Made by a program: the position numbers and the translations under genes. From Eledone cirrhosa (taxonomy: Eukaryota), in NCBI GenBank assembly GCA_964016885.1, contig OZ024752.1, positions 3,038,001 through 3,102,000 of the forward strand: a stretch of 64,000 bases of DNA. Direction: 5' to 3'. The stretch's first letter is position 1, and each line of letters begins with the position of its first letter. The notes beneath the pieces are model-generated. The model worked only from the letters and a program-made list of their open reading frames with translations, made no database searches and was not told where the DNA came from. Below, one piece after another: positions 57,362 to 64,000 of the stretch.

Positions 57362-59177
57362 AATGCATACATACATACGCATATATGTATGTATATATAT
57401 ATATGTTCACTAATAAATACGCATCGAGATAAACGCACATACACACGCTCGTGCGTACACACACACACACACGCGCGCGCACACGGAATACGCTCATATA
57501 TTTAACATCTTTCATATGAAATGCAATAAATTAATGATTATCACGTGACCAATGTTTAGAAAAAAGTTGCTACAAAACGAACAAAGGAAGTCATAATATT
57601 AATGAAATCTGTGACTCTGTCCATGCTAGTAATATGATATTTATATTATATTACTATGCCCCTGTGTATGTCGTGTCTGAGTTTTCTCATTTGCACACGT
57701 TGTCAATAATTGAAATTACTTGATGATATTATCTTTTATAAACTTACAATTTTAAATAAATTATGTTCATGTCTCTTTAAGTACGGAGAAGATACTGTTT
57801 GTATTACATTTAGTTTTCGTTTCAATCTTATATAATTATTCGAAAACTCATTATTTTGCACATTATTCGCGATTTTAAATCGTGCTTAGCCATATATTTA
57901 GTATTTAAATAATTTTATAAAATCTGAAATTTCTCTCAACACAAGAATTATACTATTAATTCGATTTTCCTCTTTGTATTTTAAAACGGACATATTTTAA
58001 ATTGATGCACACACAAGCAATTGCCGAATTGAAACAAAAAGCAACAATCAACGGAACCGCCAAAAGAGGTCGTCATATTGTAGGTGCTGATATGTGGGTA
58101 GCAAAATATATATATTAACGCAGAATATAATATACCGGAAACAAATACCCACAGAGTATCCTTGAAAATAATGAGTTGTAAAATCATATTCATATTCGAG
58201 ATCCGATTTACACAAGTCTTAACCGTTGTGCTATTTTATTATTATACAATAGATTAACTTTAATTGGATTACTTGTATATGAACTAGTGACATAGTTCAT
58301 ATAATACTTAGTGACATATTTATTTTAGAAAGTAGAAATGAGATGAATTGAAAACTGTTTCGATGAGGATGATAAAGATGACCGCGATGATGATGTGGAT
58401 GGTGGTGATTGACTCTACCACAACATCAATCATTTTCACCATCAACATTATTCACGTCATGATCATTAACGGAACTAATAATATTAAGCTCATCATTGCT
58501 ATCAACATATCGTCCACCAACAACATCGCGTTTACGAGCACCCTAACCACCACTACGTGTACACATATCACCAGTAGACCCAATGCCGCTGCCGTCACCA
58601 CTCCAACTAATGCCACCATCACTAACATAACTACCACCACCTACAAAACCAACTAAACATATCGACATCCACCTACATCAACTCGTTCGTATTTCTAACG
58701 CATATCGCCTCTCCATGCCAAACTATTCTTCATGGTTCCGCCTGAACTCATTTGGCACGACTGCAAATTTGCATGTCATTGGAATGAACTGGTTCAATTA
58801 CAGAGTAAGATCATGCATGCATAGAAGCATGGATGCATGCACCATTTAGAGTTGCAGCTGACCTCTAGCTAATCAGTGCTCATATCGCTACATAGAATTC
58901 AACTGATTTATGTATAAATTGTCTCTCTCATAGAGATGTCTTGGCATATGTTCAATATCACAGTGTTACTAATTAGCAATACGAAACTATTCTTTGCTAT
59001 GAAAGTAGTATTTGATCACAAACATAGAACTTGAAAGCATTCGAGTCCTCATCAATTTCAGTTAATAAGATAGTTTCAAACGCCGTAGGAAGTAGTAGCT
59101 CATTTGCAAACACTTCTCAATTCTCAGTATAGAGAAGTTAAAAACCAAAATCTCACAAACACACAGGCACACACAAA

Positions 59178-59223
<46 letters not shown>

Positions 59224-59224
<1 letters not shown>

Positions 59225-59413
59225 CAAAATGTTTAACCCCGACGACAGAGCTCAAGCCGTTTCGACGGCTATTTCTGGAATAAATAGCCGTCGAAACGGC
59301 TTGAACCTCTGCCGTCGGGGTTAAACATTTTCATATTAGCCACTCTACTACTCTAAGTGTATTGAGTACTCTGGTGCGTTATGGTCCATCTGGTTCCTTA
59401 CCACACCTCTTCG
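59224..59413. mobile_element. Fold-back element built from the 3' half of a hammerhead
   Basis: Palindrome at 59226-59331 centred on GACGGCTATTT-loop-AAATAGCCGTC, followed by GAAA-CGGC..GCCG-TC-GGGGTT; unique tail to 59413; flanked by (TA)n. Confidence 0.75.
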
Positions 59414-59484
<71 letters not shown>

Positions 59485-59559
59485 AGTGTGCATGTGTGTG
59501 TGTGTGTGTGTATAAAATGCTTTGTCTCTCTGTTTATAACACATTATATAAAATTATGT

Positions 59560-59746
59560 GCGGTGGATTGGCAGTATCGGTAGAGGGTCGGACGCCATGC
59601 TTTCCAGCATAGTTACGTCCCTTTACGATCTGAGTTCAAATCCCGCCGAGGTAAACTTTGCCTTTCATCCTTACGGGGTCGATAAAATAAAGTACCAGTA
59701 ATGCACTGGGTTTTTGCTGGCCTTGTGCCTAAAGTAGAAACAATTA
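59560..59746 (+). mobile_element. tRNA-derived SINE (Meta-domain-like)
   Basis: A-box TGGCAGTATCGG, B-box GAGTTCAAATCC, core GCCTTTCATCCTTACGGGGTCGATAAAATAAAGTACCAG. Confidence 0.92.
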
Positions 59747-59756
59747 TATAAAATGA

Positions 59757-60694
59757 TCTTCTATAGACAAATAAGTGTACGGATATTTTATAACAGGATG
59801 ATGACGTCACATTTTCTATATGAGTGTGTATGTGTCTTTGAGTGTCTGTGTGTGTTTGCGCGTTCGTTAAGTTACATAAACACACATCTTCACGTAAATA
59901 TGTAATTATATACACAGAGAATTAAATACACACACATCTACACACATGTGGTGACTGACAAGTATATGTGCGTGAGTGTATGGGAGAGTGTATGTGTGTG
60001 TGAGTATACATACATCTATGTGACGAATGACGAATGACAAACGCTGGGGTGAAACTCTATGTGTATGTTTGTATGAATGTATACTCATACAAAGAACGCA
60101 ATCTATCTAATAATTATTGTCGCAGTTGCAAGGTATTTACAAATACACATTTACCGTTAAATTAGCAGCTGATATATTTGATTATATTTGGTAAATTTAC
60201 AGTGCATCAAAAATAGAGTTCTTTTGGCTGATACTTATTTGTTTACAATATTAAAAAAAAGGTCTTTATTGCAAACATTCCTCTCATAACTACAAATGTT
60301 CCATTTGAATTTAAGAGGCTCCAGTTTCCAGTCAAACTAAGTTTGGTTGTATCATTTAACATATCTCAGGGTTAATCCCTCAAGGTAGTTGATCTCTCTA
60401 CAACATGCTTCTCCCACGGCCAACTCTACGTTATTTGCTCATGAGTTGGAACCTGCAACAATTTATTAATTTGCACACCAACAAAACATTACATTATGAA
60501 TATTATTTACACTGAGGAGCTTCAAGATTTATAGATTTTCATTTCTGAATTCTATGATCATTACGATGTTGATATTTCTTTTACAATATTAAGATATTTT
60601 GAAATAATTATGAGAAAAAAAATATATCTTCATAATTGTTTACTAATCTGAATTAGAACAGTAGAAACCCGGGCAACATCGGGTCATTGAGCTA

Positions 60695-60695
<1 letters not shown>
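59757..60695 (+). mobile_element. Non-autonomous Helitron carrying a C-terminal Pif1-helicase fragment
   Basis: A|TC start and CCCGGGCAACATCGGG hairpin then CTAG|T end. Region ~60277-60525 reads IPLITTNVPFEFKRLQFPVKL..SQG*SLKVV..CFSHGQLYVICS*VG. Confidence 0.92.
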
Positions 60696-60740
<45 letters not shown>

Positions 60741-60784
60741 CAAAATATTAATAAATGAAGACGTTCCCATAATCAAAATATATG

Positions 60785-60847
60785 TTTCATTATATATATT
60801 TCGGAGGTACCGTGCTGTTTTTTTCAGTACGTCCTCATCAGACAAAA
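60785..60847 (-). ncRNA. Minimal type I hammerhead motif, family D, intact core
   Basis: TTTTGT-CTGATGA-GGACGTAC..GTACCTCC-GAAA-TATATA-TA-ATGAAA. Confidence 0.75.
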
Positions 60848-62165
60848 TACACAAATAGATGTACCACATACCTCAACTGTCTTGAATGTTTAATTTCAGT
60901 CTTGGCAGTGATTTATTACAACAGCACAATATGTTTATATACCACAAGAATTAATAACATCACAAACTAAATATGATGAAGAGAGGGCTGTGGAGTGAGA
61001 TATAAGTATGAAGAGGGGCTGGGTATAAGAAAATATAGAATAAATAAATAAACGCATACGTACATAAATGTTAAAATATTTGAATATTCATGTTAGAGAA
61101 GAAACAGAAGAGAGAGAGAGAGAGATTTCTAAATAGAAGAGAGGAGGGAAAGAAAAAAAAGATGAAGATAAAAAGAAGGAGGGACAGGGAGATAAACGAG
61201 AGGAGGGAATACATAACTGCAACAGGAAAGAAAGAAAAAAAGAAACAAGAAAGGGACATGATGCGTGACAGTTGTTTTCAAATATTAAGTCAGGTAGAAG
61301 CGACCAATTAAATACCGTTAAAATTATTACTATCTATTGTATTTGGGTATGTTTGACCGAATTTATACTAATATATTAAATCAAAATTAAACAATATGAA
61401 ATATGTTCAATGATAATCAGAAGTATAGTTAAATTAATAAATATATTCAATATTGTGTTACAAAATTCAAAATCAGAAACATTTAACCTACAAATAAAGT
61501 TTACAAATATAGTAAATATATATGAGTATATTTATCATAACTTAATTACATATCACCATCTGTATATGCATTTTATATAATGTTTATAATTATTAACATC
61601 ATAAACATTACAAACGGTTTAAATCAATAGTTGTCAATTACATATAGGAGTAATTAATAGTTATATATACTCTTGAAAGTATTATTATTTCGAATCAACC
61701 TAATCCTGCTACATGCAACACTATAAATTATGTTAAATATACATTATTAATCCATTTGGATAAAAACGAACATTATATACGATAAATGTAAACAAATGTT
61801 TAACCCAAGAAATTGAGTATTTTATATGTTTCTCATTTAAAGACACTATTAATTGTGATAACGAAGTAGAACAAGTTTTATGTGGATTAGAGAAAGAATG
61901 TTTATGATTGGAAAATCGAAGTTTAAAGTTCGATGAAGTTGCACCTATGTAGTTATAAGTAATATTATTATTTGTTTTAATGGTACATTTAGGTACTCAA
62001 TTTTTATCAAGGCAATTATTTTGTAAAGGGCATTCAGATTTCCTTCTACAGTTCGATTAAATGCTATTTCAATAACCTAAACTGTTCGTATTATCATTGT
62101 TAATGTTTCTAGGTGTTCCTCTATATGTGTTTAAATTATTGTCCTTGTTATTCGCATTAACTACT

Positions 62166-62203
<38 letters not shown>

Positions 62204-63353
62204 GCAGCTGCATTTATCTTGCATTATGTTCATACGAGTTATCACCAAGTCACAACCAGTGACCTCAAGAGACAACAAGGTCCGCCATGTTCAAGAAAGA
62301 ACATACATACTCACACATGCATCTTTAGTGTTTAGACTTGTGATGTATTTATATTGACAGAATCTTCCTTAGTATATGGGCAGTTCCCATTAGTACTATC
62401 TTTTGTATTTCTCATATACGCGGGTTTCCTGGGATTTGCGATAAGTAATCATTAGACCCCTTAGGTATCATTCCTAGAGCGCCCACAACCACTGGTATTG
62501 TTTTAGTTCTCAATGTCCACATTTTTCCAATTTCTATCTCCAGGTCCTTATACTTGCTCAATTTTTAAAATGTTTTTATAGATACATTCTTGTCTATTGG
62601 AACGGACATATCAATTAACAGGCATACCCTCTTTTTAAAGTCCTTCAATATTATATCATCTATTTGCATCTATTTATCGGTCTGTTTCGATGCTAAAGTT
62701 CCACAAGATTGAGATGTAATCTTTATCAAGTATGCGAGGTGGTTGATGCTCCCACCAATTCTTTTGATGGGGCAGGTCAAAATGTTACACATTATCCAAT
62801 GTATGTATTGTGCAGCTCTGTCATGCCTGTTTAGGTATTCGGTTGAAGCTATAGGACTGCACATTGAAATTATATGGTCAGTGGTCTCTGGTTGTGTTTT
62901 ACATACACGGCATAAAGGGCTGCATCCATTTTTTATTATGTTGGCTTGGTAATTTTTTGTTGGCAGACACTGATCTTGTGCTGATATAATCAGTCCTTCA
63001 GTCTCCGATTTCAGTCCAGAGGATGCCAACCACCGATGGGTTAAATGTTTGTCAACATCAGGATTGTTAGCTCGTTCTGGATATTTTCCATACAGAGGCT
63101 TTTCTTGCCATTTCTTAGCCAGTTTCTGTAGCAGTTCTTTCTTTGCAGTTACTTTTACCTGCTTTGCTTTTTCTGTGTTTTCCATTTCAGCAGTAAATGG
63201 GACTTCTGAAATGTGTAGTCCATTACTGTATCTTTGTGCATCTTTTGTAATGGAGTATGATCTTTTGATGCTTTCGTGTTTCAAAGCGAGTTTGATCATC
63301 CAATCATGTGATTCCCTTGGATATGTAGATAATCCAATTGTTGCAGTTTTCAA

Positions 63354-63354
<1 letters not shown>
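62204..63354 (-). mobile_element. Dong/R4-clade non-LTR element, 5'-truncated copy A
   Basis: WQEKPLYGKY..LKSETEGLIISAQDQ..CRVC..ETTDHIISMC..RHD (CCHC), then a frameshifted RLE domain; (TAA)n on both sides. Confidence 0.92.
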
Positions 63355-63390
<36 letters not shown>

Positions 63391-63941
63391 TGCATTTATC
63401 TTGCTTTATGTTTGTACGAGTTATCACCAAGTCACAACCAGTGACCTCAAGAGACAACAAGGTCCGCCATGTTCAAGAAAGAACACACATATTCACACAT
63501 GCATCCTTAGTGTTTAGACTTGTGATGTACTTATATTGACAGGATCTTCCTTAGTATATGGGCAGTTCCCATTAGTACTATCTTTTGTATTTCTCCTATA
63601 CGCGGGTTTCCTGGGATTTGCGATAAGTAGTCGTTAGACCCCTTAGGTATCATTCCCAGAGCGCCTACAACCACTGGTATTGTTTTAGTTCTCAATTTCC
63701 ACATTTTTCCAATTTCTATCTCCAGGTCCTTATATTTGCTCAATTTTTCAAATGTTTTTATAGATACATTCTTGTCTATTGGAACAGACATATCAATTAG
63801 CAGGCATACCCTCCTTTGAAAGTCCTTCAATATTATATCAGGTCTATTTGCATCTATTTTTCGGTCTGTTTGGATGCTAAAGTTCCACAAGATTGAGATG
63901 TGATCTTTTTCAAGTATGGGAGGTGGTTGATGCTCCCACCA

Positions 63942-63942
<1 letters not shown>
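63391..63942 (-). mobile_element. Dong/R4-clade non-LTR element, 5'-truncated copy B (RLE domain + 3' UTR)
   Basis: ANRPDIILKD..LLIDMSVP..EKLSKYKDL..IPVVVGALG; the 3' UTR is nearly identical to copy A; (TAA)n on both sides. Confidence 0.93.
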
Positions 63943-63996
<54 letters not shown>

Positions 63997-64000
63997 TTTG

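Noticed and set aside
58348-58656. Thr-rich mucin-like ORF
   Set aside because: Degenerate (CAT/CAC/ACT)n low-complexity sequence without supporting gene structure.
59560-59650. tRNA genes at the SINE heads
   Set aside because: A and B boxes are present, but there is no cloverleaf and the heads are continuous with the SINE body.

Overview
This is AT-rich eukaryotic DNA dense in microsatellites. The repeat inventory (tRNA-head SINEs, RTE, Dong/R4 and Tx1-like LINEs, a Naiad-type Penelope element, Helitrons, very long (TA)n tracts) suggests an octopus or other coleoid genome; that assignment is an inference. I found no intact protein-coding gene, and most ORFs in the track are translated microsatellites. 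Supported content: (1) About a dozen type I hammerhead-ribozyme motifs. Most lie in short, ORF-less elements embedded in (TA)n, many folded back as inverted repeats so that a ribozyme motif sits on each strand; one lies in a 591-bp tandem repeat. (2) A U6 snRNA retrocopy fused to a retroposon-like 3' tail. (3) Two related Helitron deletion derivatives with intact ends that carry complementary RepHel fragments. (4) Decayed LINE and Penelope-like copies. (5) Between the repeats, heavily decayed, mostly phase-1 exons from what look like three Ig/FN3-transmembrane receptor pseudogenes with tyrosine-motif (ITIM-like) tails. All coordinates and translations were read by eye, so element boundaries are approximate.
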